From: Candidatus Latescibacterota bacterium
Lineage (GTDB): Bacteria > Latescibacterota > UBA2968 > UBA8231
Direction of reading: 5' to 3'
NCBI GenBank assembly: GCA_965203355.1
Contig: OZ241889.1
Span: 2,432,001-2,496,000 of the forward strand
DNA length: 64,000 nt
The notes under the pieces are model-generated. The model made no database searches. It had not been told where the DNA came from and saw only the letters and a list, made by a program, of their open reading frames with translations. Positions 19,416 to 29,990 of this stretch are shown piece after piece. Both the position numbers and the translations under genes were made by a program. Numbering within the stretch: the stretch's first letter is position 1; the number at the start of each line of letters is the position of its first letter.

Positions 19416-20875
19416 GCAGGATTCTGATTATCGACGACAACAAAAGTCTCGGCGACGGGCTGGTGCTGAGCTTGAACAAGATGGGGCACCAAGCCGTTGC
19501 CGCTGGGAGTGGGCGCGAAGGTTTGGCGCGGATGAAGGACGAGCCGTTTGATTTGGTCATTACTGATTACCGCATGGAGGAGATGGACGGGTTGGCGGTG
19601 ATGGAGGCGGTCCAGCGCCAAGCACCCGACACCGACGTAATAATGATGACGGCCTACGATACGCGGGAACTGGCCGTAGCGGCGATGGAGCGAGGCGCGA
19701 TCGACTTTATCGTCAAACCCTTCCTGCCCGATGAATTGTGGCTGAAGGTCAATAAGCGGCTCGATTATCGAACCAAGCTACAGGAAGCCCAGACCAAGCT
19801 GCGCGAAGCCCAAACCCTTCGCCAAGAAGCCGAGGCCAAGCTGCGGGATTGGGAGCACTTATTCGAGCAAAACTGCTACCTGCGCGAAGAGATCGACAGC
19901 CGCTACAACTTCGGCGAGATCGTCGGCCAATCGCCGCCGATCAAGGCCGTGCGCGAGCAGGTGCGCAAGGTGGCGTCGTCGTCGTCGTCCGTGCTGATCT
20001 ACGGGGAAAGCGGCACTGGCAAGGAGTTGGTTGCCCGCGCTGTCCACTACCAGAGCCGCCGCAGCAAAGGTCCGTTCGTCAAGGTCAACTGCGGGGCTTT
20101 GCCGACTGGGTTGGTTGAAAGCGAGTTATTTGGACACGAGCGAGGGGCCTTTACCAGCGCGGTGCGGAGCAAGAAGGGCAAGTTTGAACTAGCCGAAGGC
20201 GGGACGATTTTTTTAGACGAGATCGGCGATATACCTTTGGAGACCCAAGTGCGGCTGTTGCGGGTATTGCAGGAAAAGCAGTTTGACCGCGTGGGCGGCG
20301 AGCAGCCGATCGACGTAGATGCGCGGGTGGTGGGTGCTACCAACCGGCCGCTCAAGCGCATGGTCAAAGAGGGCACCTTCCGCGAAGATCTGTTCTATCG
20401 ACTGGAGGTCATTCCCCTCACCTTGCCGCCGCTGCGGGAGCGGCGAGAGGACATTGAACTATTGGTCAAACACTTCACGGAAAAAAAATGTGGGGAAATA
20501 AACATCCCGCCCAAGCGTCTAACCAAAGAAGCCTTAGCGGGCTTGAAAAGCTACCCGTGGCCCGGCAATGTGCGCGAACTGGAAAACGTCATCGAGCGCA
20601 CGATGGTGTTGGTAGATGGCGAGGAAATCGGCTATCACGATCTGCCGCTGATCTTCGACGAGGGGACTACACCGGGAGATGTTGTTGAGAAGTGGGCGGG
20701 GGGGGACGCTGACGACAGGAGTTTGCAACTCAACGAGCGTCTCGACGAAGTGGAGCGCGACCTAATCGCCCGGGCGATGGAGGAAGCCAATCACGTTAAG
20801 ACGAAAGCGGCTTCGCTTTTGGGCATCAAGACGAGTGCTTTGTACTACAAACTCGACAAATACGGTCTAGATTAG
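19412..20875 (+). CDS. Sigma54-dependent response regulator (NtrC/AtoC-like)
   Basis: Receiver domain (ILIIDD, ITDYRM), GESGTGKE, GAFTSA, FLDEIGD, WPGNVREL, Fis-type HTH; ATGA overlap with the kinase. Confidence 0.95.
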   Translation: MSRILIIDDNKSLGDGLVLSLNKMGHQAVAAGSGREGLARMKDEPFDLVITDYRMEEMDGLAVMEAVQRQAPDTDVIMMTAYDTRELAVAAMERGAIDFIVKPFLPDELWLKVNKRLDYRTKLQEAQTKLREAQTLRQEAEAKLRDWEHLFEQNCYLREEIDSRYNFGEIVGQSPPIKAVREQVRKVASSSSSVLIYGESGTGKELVARAVHYQSRRSKGPFVKVNCGALPTGLVESELFGHERGAFTSAVRSKKGKFELAEGGTIFLDEIGDIPLETQVRLLRVLQEKQFDRVGGEQPIDVDARVVGATNRPLKRMVKEGTFREDLFYRLEVIPLTLPPLRERREDIELLVKHFTEKKCGEINIPPKRLTKEALAGLKSYPWPGNVRELENVIERTMVLVDGEEIGYHDLPLIFDEGTTPGDVVEKWAGGDADDRSLQLNERLDEVERDLIARAMEEANHVKTKAASLLGIKTSALYYKLDKYGLD

Positions 20876-20877
20876 CC

Positions 20878-21768
20878 ATGAGAAATCCATCCATTCTTTT
20901 ATTGACTTTAGGGTTGGCCCTGCCCGGAGCCGCGCTGGGGGATTCCGGCCGGCTAGGCGACCTAAAAGCCCAATATCGCGCCTTGGAGATCCAGCGCGAT
21001 TCGCTCGCCAGCCAGCGTTTGCGAGTTGAGGCTGAAGCCGAGGTACTGTCGGCCCACATCGACAGCTTGAAACTGCGGGCCGCGGATTCCGCGGCGTTGC
21101 GAGAAGCCCTGCGCTCCTCGCTTGGATTGGTGCAGTACATGGTTGAGCTCGACTGGAAATGGGTCGCCTTAGAGGCGCAGCAGGATAGCATGGCCGAGCA
21201 GTTGTGTCTTGCCTACGATTGGGAAATCGGCGTACTCATCCAGAAGTTGGCCGTGCAACCAGACCGGGGCCTGTCGGCCCAACTGAGACTCTATCAGGAG
21301 GCGCGGGAGCGACTCGGGGTCGGGGTCCATAACGCGAACCTGCACTACAGCGGACAGATGAAAATTGAGGTGGATGACGGGCCGGACGAAATTCAGCAAA
21401 AGCAAAAGCTATTAGAGGACATCGCCGACCGCCTCAAAGCCGAATGGAGTGCCAACGCCGACTTGATGCGCCGCTTAGAGGCCGAGTACCGGCTGTGCGC
21501 TCAGATGGAACAGGCGCGGGCTAAAACGCGGCAGCCCGAGGAGCCGATTCTGGTGAACGGAGAACAGCCGCATGGGGCGGTGTGGTTGCTCAGGCAAGAC
21601 GAGTCTTTGGCCGAGTTTGATCTCGAATCGTCGCTTGCCGAAGTGGCGCTGAAAATTCACAAGCTAAAGGCGCGCCAGCAGGAAATCCTCGAGCTACAGG
21701 CCGTGGTTGAAGAACGCGCCGAAGCGTTCAAACGCTCCTTACACAGCATGTTAGAGGGCGAGGAATAG
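20878..21768 (+). CDS. Hypothetical secreted coiled-coil protein
   Basis: Signal peptide and heptad-rich sequence; 2 nt downstream of the regulator stop. Confidence 0.65.
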   Translation: MRNPSILLLTLGLALPGAALGDSGRLGDLKAQYRALEIQRDSLASQRLRVEAEAEVLSAHIDSLKLRAADSAALREALRSSLGLVQYMVELDWKWVALEAQQDSMAEQLCLAYDWEIGVLIQKLAVQPDRGLSAQLRLYQEARERLGVGVHNANLHYSGQMKIEVDDGPDEIQQKQKLLEDIADRLKAEWSANADLMRRLEAEYRLCAQMEQARAKTRQPEEPILVNGEQPHGAVWLLRQDESLAEFDLESSLAEVALKIHKLKARQQEILELQAVVEERAEAFKRSLHSMLEGEE

Positions 21769-21793
21769 CCCGCACTTTGGCCGGCGAGGAGCT

Positions 21794-22186
21794 TCACTCG
21801 CCGGTGCGCAACCCTCGGCTGACTTCCACTACATTGTCTTGCGTCGCGCCAAAGGCACACCTGAGCCGTTGATAGGCTGCCCACGGGTCTGTCTGGCGGC
21901 CGCAAGTGAAGAGATCGAGGGCGGCGTAACCACGCTCGGGCCAAGTGTGGACGGCCAAGTGGCTCTCTTGGACGATGAGCACCCCGGTGACTCCGCCCGG
22001 ACTGAAGCGATGGAATGCCGCGTCCAAGACGCGGGTGCCGGCCGCTTGGGCTGCGGCTTGCAACTCGGCTGTGATATAGTCAGGGTCGTCGAGTCGCTCG
22101 CGGTTGCAGCCATAGAGATCGACGAGCAGATGGCGGCCTAGGGCCTGCATTGGAACGGGCCGGCGTGGTGGTGCGGCCATGGGCAA
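21794..22186 (-). CDS. speD: S-adenosylmethionine decarboxylase proenzyme
   Basis: GRHLLVDLYGC, FSPGGVT, ESHLAVHTWPE self-cleavage site, DLFTCG. Confidence 0.93.
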   Translation of the reverse strand: MPMAAPPRRPVPMQALGRHLLVDLYGCNRERLDDPDYITAELQAAAQAAGTRVLDAAFHRFSPGGVTGVLIVQESHLAVHTWPERGYAALDLFTCGRQTDPWAAYQRLRCAFGATQDNVVEVSRGLRTGE

Positions 22187-22201
22187 ACGGCAACGAGGCC
22201 C

Positions 22202-22390
22202 TCAGACATATTCGACGATGTCCGTAGGTAGGCACTTGAGGTCTCGGCATATATTGGACAGGGTGTACGGGTCCATGCCCTCTGTGCCTTGGTCGATGGC
22301 CTTTTTGATGTGCTGATAAGTGGTCAGATTGATTTCGGACTTGCGATCTTCGAGCATCTGCTCAATCACTTCCTTCTTAAAACGGATCAT
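22202..22390 (-). CDS. Small Cro/C1-type HTH protein
   Basis: TLSNICRDLKCLPTDIVEYV; strong SD (GAGGAGG) upstream. Confidence 0.7.
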   Translation of the reverse strand: MIRFKKEVIEQMLEDRKSEINLTTYQHIKKAIDQGTEGMDPYTLSNICRDLKCLPTDIVEYV

Positions 22391-22455
22391 GCGACCTCCT
22401 CGCTTGCGGATGGGCTAAAAATAAGTAAGGCCACGCCGGGGCTGCCGTCAAAAAG

Positions 22456-23703
22456 CTATTCGTAGCGCAGGGCGTCTATGGGGTTGAGGAGGGCGGCTTG
22501 GCGGGCCGGGTAGATGCCAAAACCAATGCCGACCGCCGCCGAAACCCCAAAGGCGAGGGCAATGGTCCAAGGCTGGACGATGGTGCGCCAGCCCGCGTAC
22601 AGGGTGATCAATTCCGGGATGGCGTAGCCCAGCACTACTCCAGTCAGGCCGCCGATTAGGCTGACCAACAGCGACTCGACCAAAAATTGCGCCAGGATGT
22701 CGCGCCGCCGCGCCCCCAAGGCTCGGCGGATGCCGATTTCGCGGGTGCGTTCGAGCACCGAGGCCAGCATGATATTCATAATGCCGATGCCGCCGACCAA
22801 CAGGGAAATACCAGCGATGCAGCCCATGACGACATTGAAGATCTGCTGCGTTTTCTGGCTTTGGCGCAACAGCTCTTCGGGAATGGCGATCTTGAAGTCC
22901 TCGACGCCGCGATGCCGCCGGTTGAGGATGGTGCGGACGATGGTCGCGACCTCTGGCAATTGGTTGGAGTTGGGGATTTTGACGGTGATTTGGGTCAGTT
23001 CAGGCTCGCCCGGCTCCCAGTGAAAGCGGTTGAGCAGGGCCGTCAGGGGAACGTAGATATCTTCGTCGGTGTTGCGGACTTCGAGCACCCCGCCGATTTT
23101 GCCGCCGGCCGCGCCCTTGTCTTCGAGTACGCCGATGACCGTGAACCACTGGTTGCGGATTTTGACTCGCCCGCCCAAGGGATTGTCAAAAAAGAACAGC
23201 GCCCGCTTGGCGTCTGCGCCCAGCACGCATACGCGCTTGGCGGTGTTCAAGTCTTCGGCAGAGAAAAAGACCCCGCTCCCCATGCGGGCGTCGAGCACCG
23301 GCAGATAGTCGGGCGTTGTGCCCACCACCATGGTGCGGAAGGTGTGGTCTTGGGCTTGGGCTTTGACCCGGAGCTCGCGCTGGGGGGTGACGTAGTCGGC
23401 CAAAAGGCAGATGCGGGCAATGGACCGCGCATCGTCCCAAGTTAGGCCTGGGGAGCGATTGTGGTCGCTGTCGGCGGATTCGGATGCCTCGTCGGCTTCT
23501 TTTCGCCAATGCTGGACGATGATATTGCTAATGCCCATCTGACGGATTTGTTCGAGCGATTCCTGCTTGGCACCTTCGCCGATGGAGAGCATGGCAATGA
23601 CGGCCGCTACGCCGAAGATGATACCAAGCATGGTCAGCAAGGTCCGCAGCTTGTGCGACAGGAGGCCGACGAGGCTCACAGAGATAGTTTCGCGTACATC
23701 CAT
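22456..23703 (-). CDS. ABC transporter permease (MacB/FtsX family)
   Basis: LRTLLTMLGIIFGVAAVI, ISLLVGGIGIMNIMLASVLERTREIGIR, PIDALRYE. Confidence 0.96.
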   Translation of the reverse strand: MDVRETISVSLVGLLSHKLRTLLTMLGIIFGVAAVIAMLSIGEGAKQESLEQIRQMGISNIIVQHWRKEADEASESADSDHNRSPGLTWDDARSIARICLLADYVTPQRELRVKAQAQDHTFRTMVVGTTPDYLPVLDARMGSGVFFSAEDLNTAKRVCVLGADAKRALFFFDNPLGGRVKIRNQWFTVIGVLEDKGAAGGKIGGVLEVRNTDEDIYVPLTALLNRFHWEPGEPELTQITVKIPNSNQLPEVATIVRTILNRRHRGVEDFKIAIPEELLRQSQKTQQIFNVVMGCIAGISLLVGGIGIMNIMLASVLERTREIGIRRALGARRRDILAQFLVESLLVSLIGGLTGVVLGYAIPELITLYAGWRTIVQPWTIALAFGVSAAVGIGFGIYPARQAALLNPIDALRYE

Positions 23704-25055
23704 TAGTGCGCTTGGGGAGCGGGCAAGGCGTCGGCTGCTTCCATGAGGCCGCTGGCGTCGGCCGCTTGGAGTGGGTCGCGCAGGGCGACATGGTCGTCGG
23801 GTGCCAGCCCTTGTTCGACGATGACGAAGTCCTCGTTTTTCTGGCCCAGCTTCACTTCCCGTTCCTCGGGCTGGCCGTTCACTAAGCGATAGACGAGGGT
23901 GCGTCCATCTTTCTCAAAGACCGCGTCTAGGGGGATGTAGAGAGGCATGGGCGCGGCGGTCGCGACTTCGGCCGCATCGCTTTGTACGGAGTCGGGCGCG
24001 GCGCTAGGCTTTGGCGGGATGGTCTCGACGACGACGTGACAGGTGGCGGTCATGCCGGGTTTGAGGCGAACATCTTCTTCTTCGATCTGGACGATTACGT
24101 CAAATACTTTGACGTTTTTTTCGCCTTCCTTCTCGCGGCCGAGCGAGGCGATGCTCTTGATTTTGCCGTGGAATGTTGGTTCGGGCAGGGCGTCGAGTTT
24201 GATGGTGGCGACTTGGCCGGTGTCGAGCTTATCGACCTCGACCTCGTTGACGTAGGTTTTGACCTGCATCTGGGAGAGGTCGGGCAGAGAAATGACGTTG
24301 ACGCCGCCCCAGATTTCGTCGCCGACGCGGACCTTTTCCGGCCGCGCGCCTTTCCAAACTTTGCCGTACACGACTAAACCGGGCTTTTCGGCCTTGATGG
24401 TCGTGCTTGCTAGATCGTCGCGTGCCTGTTTCAAATCGCGCTCTTCGCGCTCGATTTCGAGTTGGCGCTTTTTGACTTCAGCGGCGTTGACGATTTTTTG
24501 CGAGGCCAGTTTTTCGCTGGCTTGCTGGTGGCTCAGCGTGGCTTTGTAGGCCTCGATTTCGGCTTCTTCCTTTTGCACCGTGGCCTCAAAGGCCATGCGT
24601 TCGATCTTTAGCTCGGCCAAGCGCAAGTTGGCCTCCTCGTTGGCGATTTCGGCTTCGAGCTTGGCGATTTCGGCTTTTTGGGTGGCTAGCGTTTTCTCTA
24701 GGTCGGCCTTGGAGGACTCGACTTGCTGCTCGGCGTCCATGACCCGCTTCTGAAAATCCGTCTGTTCAAATTGCACCAATAAATCGCCGACTGCGACTTG
24801 CTCGCCTTCGGGAAACAACTCGATGATTTTGAGCTGGCCGCGGACGCGGGGCGCGACGACGTTTTCGGCCTCGACCGATTCCAACTCGCCGCCCTTGAGC
24901 TTGAGTTCGATGACGAACGCGCCCTGCTGGACCGGATAGATGGGGATGGAGGATGCGGCTTCTTCTCGCATCAGGTGCTCGCCAAGCCAAGCCCCGCCTA
25001 AGACGAGGACTAAGAGCAGGGAAAACAGCCACCAGCGGCGTTTGATTTGCGTCAT
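23703..25055 (-). CDS. Efflux periplasmic adaptor (MacA/HlyD-like)
   Basis: N-terminal anchor, EGEQVAVGDLL, long coiled coil, LKPGMTA. Confidence 0.9.
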   Translation of the reverse strand: MTQIKRRWWLFSLLLVLVLGGAWLGEHLMREEAASSIPIYPVQQGAFVIELKLKGGELESVEAENVVAPRVRGQLKIIELFPEGEQVAVGDLLVQFEQTDFQKRVMDAEQQVESSKADLEKTLATQKAEIAKLEAEIANEEANLRLAELKIERMAFEATVQKEEAEIEAYKATLSHQQASEKLASQKIVNAAEVKKRQLEIEREERDLKQARDDLASTTIKAEKPGLVVYGKVWKGARPEKVRVGDEIWGGVNVISLPDLSQMQVKTYVNEVEVDKLDTGQVATIKLDALPEPTFHGKIKSIASLGREKEGEKNVKVFDVIVQIEEEDVRLKPGMTATCHVVVETIPPKPSAAPDSVQSDAAEVATAAPMPLYIPLDAVFEKDGRTLVYRLVNGQPEEREVKLGQKNEDFVIVEQGLAPDDHVALRDPLQAADASGLMEAADALPAPQAH

Positions 25056-25070
25056 AAAGGCCCTTCCGCG

Positions 25071-26252
25071 TCAGGGTGCATTGGGGTGTTGCAGGGCGAC
25101 GATATCGCCTGCGGCCAAGCCAGCGGTGACGACCGCTGCGGTGGCGTTTTTTGGCCCGATCACTACGGCCACTTCCTTGAATTTTCCTTTGTCGAGGCGG
25201 AAAGCGACTAGCCCATCGTCCCGCTTGAAGAGGGCACCCAGCGGCACTGAAAGCACTTCCGGGATGGTTTCGAGGACGATTTCGACCTCGGCCGACATGC
25301 CGGGCTTGAGCCGGTTGTCCTGCTCGTCAATGTCGATGACGAGCTCGAAGACGTGGATATCGGGCGCGCCGGGCTGGGGCGATGCCATGGGGGCTAGTTC
25401 GGACACCGCCCCCTGGAAGACCGGGCCGGGAAAGGCTTCGAGGCGGATGTAAGCCCGCTGGCCGACGCGCACGCGCTCGATGTCCATTTCGCCGATTAGG
25501 CACAGCACCTGCATCTTGCTCAGGTCCGGGATTTCGAGCAGCGCGCGACCGCCCCAGACTTGGTCGCCGACCGCGACTTTGCCCTCCTCGTCGGTGCCGG
25601 GCTTCCAGATTTTGCGATAGACCACAATACCTGGTTTGACCGCATAGACGCTGGTGCGTTCGTAGTCGCGGTGCGCCTTTTCGTACCGCTCCTGTCGGCG
25701 GGCGATTCTCAACTCGTGATTGAGAAAATCCACGCGATTGACCACTTCTTGGGCGGTGGACTCCTGTCGCGCTTCCGCTACGGCACGCCGAGCCTTCGCC
25801 GCCTGGATGCGCCCTTGCTCTTGGTCGATGGTCGAGGCGAACTGCTGGCGTTCTTGGTCGAGCGCGGCGAGTTTGAGCTCGGCTTGGCGCTGCTGGATCT
25901 TGCGCTTGATGTCGGCTAGGCGTTGCTCGCTTTCGGCCTTGGCCTTGGTAAAGTCCGAATGGGCCTCTTCTAGCCGGCCCTCGCGGTTGAGCATCTCTCG
26001 TTCAAACTCGGCCGGGTCGAACTGGAGGATCAAATCGCCGACATCCACTTGCTCCCCTTCGGGCCAGAGGTGGACGATTTTGAGCCGGCCGCCGATCCGC
26101 GGCGACACCACGACTTCGCCGCTGGCCGCCCGCACCTCGCCGCCCTCAAAGTGCGTCACGGTAAAATCGCCGCGTACGACCTCGGCGGTGGGTAGGTCGG
26201 GTGGTGCGCCTTGACAGGCGCAGAGCGCGAGGACGCAAAAGACCGCTCTCAC
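25071..26252 (-). CDS. Efflux periplasmic adaptor (MacA/HlyD-like), lipoprotein
   Basis: Lipobox [23 protein letters not shown]. Confidence 0.9.
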   Translation of the reverse strand: MRAVFCVLALCACQGAPPDLPTAEVVRGDFTVTHFEGGEVRAASGEVVVSPRIGGRLKIVHLWPEGEQVDVGDLILQFDPAEFEREMLNREGRLEEAHSDFTKAKAESEQRLADIKRKIQQRQAELKLAALDQERQQFASTIDQEQGRIQAAKARRAVAEARQESTAQEVVNRVDFLNHELRIARRQERYEKAHRDYERTSVYAVKPGIVVYRKIWKPGTDEEGKVAVGDQVWGGRALLEIPDLSKMQVLCLIGEMDIERVRVGQRAYIRLEAFPGPVFQGAVSELAPMASPQPGAPDIHVFELVIDIDEQDNRLKPGMSAEVEIVLETIPEVLSVPLGALFKRDDGLVAFRLDKGKFKEVAVVIGPKNATAAVVTAGLAAGDIVALQHPNAP

Positions 26253-26947
26253 GGGGCGACCTCGGCGGTGGGATGATCGCTTTCGATGCGGCCATCGTGG
26301 AAGCGGACGATGCGGCGGCTGCGGCGGGCGAGGTGTTCTTCGTGCGTTACGAGGAGGATCGTGTTGCCCGCCGCGTGTACTTGGTCGAAGAGGTCCATGA
26401 TTTCGTCGCCGGTGCGGGAGTCGAGGGCACCGGTCGGCTCGTCGGCGAGGATGATGGAAGGCTCGTTGACGAGTGCGCGCGCAATGGCCACGCGCTGCCG
26501 TTGGCCGCCAGACAGCTCGTTGGGCCGATGCCCAATGCGCTCGGCCAAGCCCACAGATTCGAGGGCGCGGGTGGCTCGTGCGCGGCGTTGGCGCGCTGGT
26601 AGGCCGCTGTAAATCAGCGGCAGCTCGACATTGCCGAGGGCATTGGCGCGGGGCAGGAGGTTAAAGGTTTGAAATACAAAGCCGATCTCTTGATTGCGGA
26701 TCCGCGCTAGATCGTCGTCGTCCATTTCGCTGACGAGGGCGTTGCCGAGGGCATAGCTGCCCGAGGTGGGTACGTCGAGGCAGCCGAGGATGTTGAGCAA
26801 GGTGCTTTTGCCCGATCCCGACGGCCCCATGATGGCCACGTACTCGCCCGTGGCCACGCAGAGGTCCACCTCGCTTAGAGCGTGGACCGCGGTCGCCCCC
26901 ATGTCGTAGATTTTGGTCAGGTTGCGTATTTCAATGATCGCGTCCAT
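26249..26947 (-). CDS. ABC transporter ATP-binding protein (MacB/LolD-like)
   Basis: [29 protein letters not shown]; likely start MDAIIEI at 26947. Confidence 0.96.
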   Translation of the reverse strand: MDAIIEIRNLTKIYDMGATAVHALSEVDLCVATGEYVAIMGPSGSGKSTLLNILGCLDVPTSGSYALGNALVSEMDDDDLARIRNQEIGFVFQTFNLLPRANALGNVELPLIYSGLPARQRRARATRALESVGLAERIGHRPNELSGGQRQRVAIARALVNEPSIILADEPTGALDSRTGDEIMDLFDQVHAAGNTILLVTHEEHLARRSRRIVRFHDGRIESDHPTAEVAP

Positions 26948-27596
26948 CGGCCTCCTCAACCGAGCGCACTTGCCTCCGTTCCAGCCACCCGGCCACCGTC
27001 GCTGGTGGCCGGCGTACGCGCACGTAGTCGGCGCGCTCTTCCTCGACGAGCAGGACCGCACCCGCCTCAACGCGGGCTAGCACTGGGGCACTACGATCCG
27101 GGGTAGCGCGCAACGCACCGCCGGCGGGCGCGTACACCATGCGCTCGACAAAGCGGTCAATCGTGGCTCTGAACACGGCGATGGCGTCGCGGGCCAAATC
27201 GCCGTGGGGCTCGACCCGCACGGTCGCTAGCTGGCTGTAACGCCAAGTGACACCGGCACCCGCTCGGCTCGGCGTGCGGAGATGGGCCCATTCGGGTACT
27301 GGAGCAGATGCCTTGGGGCCGGCGGCGGTAAAGACTGCGGTGACCAAGGTCTCGGTCTCGGGGTTGTAAGGGCTAGGTTGGGCCTGCCAGCGGAGCAATT
27401 GGCCGTCTTCGTACGCTTGCAGGATATAGGCGCGGGTGAGTTCGTCGAAGCGGGCGACAATGCCCCGGTATTCACACTCGGTGCGTTGCAATCCGTCGAT
27501 GTCGCGGGCCATATCGCGCTCAACGCTTCGGTTGGGAGAGGGCAGCAAGACGAGGGCGGGCGCGAGCACCGTCTTGAAGAGGCGGGCAGCTAACAT
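26931..27596 (-). CDS. Hypothetical secreted protein with C-terminal SH3-like domain
   Basis: [15 protein letters not shown]...YVRV...GWLE SH3b-like pattern; start at 27596 supported by the upstream promoter. Confidence 0.65.
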   Translation of the reverse strand: MLAARLFKTVLAPALVLLPSPNRSVERDMARDIDGLQRTECEYRGIVARFDELTRAYILQAYEDGQLLRWQAQPSPYNPETETLVTAVFTAAGPKASAPVPEWAHLRTPSRAGAGVTWRYSQLATVRVEPHGDLARDAIAVFRATIDRFVERMVYAPAGGALRATPDRSAPVLARVEAGAVLLVEEERADYVRVRRPPATVAGWLERRQVRSVEEADGRDH

Positions 27597-27611
27597 GGCG
27601 TTGATATAAAG

Positions 27612-27640
27612 ATGATAGCCGAGCGGTGTATCCTTGTCAA
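27612..27640 (-). promoter_or_regulatory. sigma70-type promoter
   Basis: TTGACA-17 nt-TATCAT on the minus strand just upstream of ATG 27596. Confidence 0.65.
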
Positions 27641-27827
27641 AGAGACAATCGAGGTTTAGGAGAGCGGCGGGCCATTCGTCTGACGCATGGAGACCGCGAG
27701 GGCCATTTCGGGATCGGCACATCCGAGAGCGGCTTTATCCCGCCCCTTGCTACATTTTTTTTCCGCCGGAATGTGCTTATGTTTCCCCAACAGCGCGTTC
27801 TATTAACCTTATGTAAGGAGGCACGTT

Positions 27828-28817
27828 ATGAACTATCGATCCCTGCGGATCGCCTGCTTGGCAACGCTGGGGCTGGCCGTTGCTGGCTGGGGGGACGCCG
27901 ATGGTAAAATCGCGTTTCTCTCCAACCGCGAGGGGTTCAATGATGTGTGGATTATGAATGCGGACGGGAGCGACCTGGTGAACCTAACCCAAGGCCAGTA
28001 TTGCGATAGCCCGATTTGGTCGCCGGATGGCACGAAGATCGCCTATCTCGATGTTGGTGCCGATTATTCCGGTAGGGATGTTTGGGTGATGGACGCCGAT
28101 GGCGGCAATCGAAAACAGCTAACAGACGATATTGAATTCATCGGCCCTAACGGTGCAGACGACCTGTTTTGGTCTGAAGACGGCCAAAGCATTTACTACT
28201 TTGTGTGGGATCGCTTTGAGATGTTTGCCTTGGCGCCAGACGGCAGCGGATCCGCACTGGTGGAGTGGAGAGGTGTAGAATGGAGAGAGGCGGCTTTGAT
28301 ACTCCGCCGCTTCTGGGATCGCCGCTATCTTTCTCCAGACGAAACCAAACGGGCCTTCGTCGGCGTTCTGCATGGTGCTGAAGAGGGCCAAGCTGCGGAC
28401 GAAGAGGGCCGAGACCTCTTCATTGCGATCACTGAAGACCCCCCTTTGCTCGGTTCAGACCGGGTCACGACCGTTCTCCTGTCTGGTCAACCTGTTGCGC
28501 TCTTTTTTGGGGATGGGGGGCGCGGCGATTCTTGGACCACTACTAGTTTTCCCCTTACTTGGGCACCCAACAGCACGAGGGTAGCCTTCACTTCGTACAC
28601 CATTTTCAAGAGTTCTGGCACTTCTTACTCCTATTATCCCGACACTGGGGAGATTTGGGCCGTTGATATAGACGGGAGCAACTTGGTCAATCTGACCAAC
28701 GGTTTGGGCGGCGATCATCCCATTTGGCAACCGGTCGTCCCGGCTGCCATGGCTACAAGCGTCGAGGCCCAGTCTTGGGGGCGGATCAAATCGCTGCTTT
28801 CAACAGGTACTCGTTAA
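27828..28817 (+). CDS. TolB-like/PD40 beta-propeller secreted protein
   Basis: Signal peptide, KIAFLSNR...MNADGS, PIWSPDGTKIAY, TWAPNSTRVAF; C-terminal ATSVEAQSWGRIK; SD TAAGGAGG. Confidence 0.85.
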   Translation: MNYRSLRIACLATLGLAVAGWGDADGKIAFLSNREGFNDVWIMNADGSDLVNLTQGQYCDSPIWSPDGTKIAYLDVGADYSGRDVWVMDADGGNRKQLTDDIEFIGPNGADDLFWSEDGQSIYYFVWDRFEMFALAPDGSGSALVEWRGVEWREAALILRRFWDRRYLSPDETKRAFVGVLHGAEEGQAADEEGRDLFIAITEDPPLLGSDRVTTVLLSGQPVALFFGDGGRGDSWTTTSFPLTWAPNSTRVAFTSYTIFKSSGTSYSYYPDTGEIWAVDIDGSNLVNLTNGLGGDHPIWQPVVPAAMATSVEAQSWGRIKSLLSTGTR

Positions 28818-28895
28818 TCGCTGCCGAGCAGTAGGCGGACCAAGCGGCCTTGTTCAGAGTGGATGCGGCGATGGTGCTGCGCCGCTAGTGGAGGG

Positions 28896-29990
28896 TCAGC
28901 GGACTTTGCCGCGCCCGGCGATTTCCCAGATCGCCTCCAGCCGATTGGCCCGCAGCGCGTAGAGGTGATCGTGGAGATTGACCGTGGTGCATCCGTGGCC
29001 GGGGATCAATTCGAGCAGGTCGCCGGGCTGGAGATCGGTGCAGGGGCCGGCTGTGGTCTTGATGCGGCCGTGCTCCTCGGAGAGGGCATGGCATTCCAAG
29101 TCGGGGCGGTCCTTGACGAGGGGGAAGCCGTGCTCGGGCGTCAGGCTCTTGAGGCCGGCGTCGGTGATGACCTGCTCGGGCGTGGGGCGGCTGGTAACGG
29201 TGGTCAGTACGCTGAGCGCGTTTTTGAAGCCCAAGCCCAGTTTGGCGTAGGCCGCATCCATTAGCGCGTACGAGCCCGCTTGGACCTCGGTAATGCCGTC
29301 GAAGGAAGTGCTGACGTAGTAATCGCCCGTACCCGAGGCACTGCAAATTGGGCAGTCAAGGCCGGCGCGTTCCACCTCGTCGCGGGCATTGACGAGGCGC
29401 TGGAGGCAGGTGCGGGCCCCATCGTCGCGGGCCGCCTTGTCCTCGAGGTCAATGACGTGGCCTTCGTAGCCCATTAGGCCGCAGAAGCGCAGGTGCGGTG
29501 CTTGGGAGGCCGCGCGGGCGAGAGCGACGACGGTGGCGGGCGCGACGCCGCAGCGGTTGTGGCCGATGTTGACTTCCACGAGGACGCGGGGGCTGACCTG
29601 ATAGGCTTGGGCTGCCTCGTTGAGATCGGCGAGATTTCGCGGGTTATCAACTGCGACCATGATGTCGCAACGAGCGGCCAGCACCATGAGACGCTCGATC
29701 TTGCGGCGACCGACGACCTCGTTGGCAATGAGGATGTCGTGGATGCCAGCGTCGGCCATGGCCTCGGCTTCTCCGACCTTGGCGCAGGTGATTCCCCGTG
29801 CGCCGGCGGTGAGCTGGAGGTGGGCGATGGCCGGGGTTTTGTGCGACTTGGTGTGCGGCCGGAGGTTTTTGCCTGTTGTGCGGAAGTGCTCGGCGAGGTG
29901 AGCGATGTTGTATTCGAGTGCGTCGAGATCGACCAAGAGGACCGGGGTGTCGATGGCGTCGCGGGTCATGCCGATGTGTTCGGTAGTCAT
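28896..29990 (-). CDS. DSD1/D-threonine aldolase family PLP-dependent enzyme
   Basis: DTPVLLVDLD, RPHTKSHK, GLMGYEGH, LSEEHG, PGHGCTTVNLHD. Confidence 0.92.
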   Translation of the reverse strand: MTTEHIGMTRDAIDTPVLLVDLDALEYNIAHLAEHFRTTGKNLRPHTKSHKTPAIAHLQLTAGARGITCAKVGEAEAMADAGIHDILIANEVVGRRKIERLMVLAARCDIMVAVDNPRNLADLNEAAQAYQVSPRVLVEVNIGHNRCGVAPATVVALARAASQAPHLRFCGLMGYEGHVIDLEDKAARDDGARTCLQRLVNARDEVERAGLDCPICSASGTGDYYVSTSFDGITEVQAGSYALMDAAYAKLGLGFKNALSVLTTVTSRPTPEQVITDAGLKSLTPEHGFPLVKDRPDLECHALSEEHGRIKTTAGPCTDLQPGDLLELIPGHGCTTVNLHDHLYALRANRLEAIWEIAGRGKVR

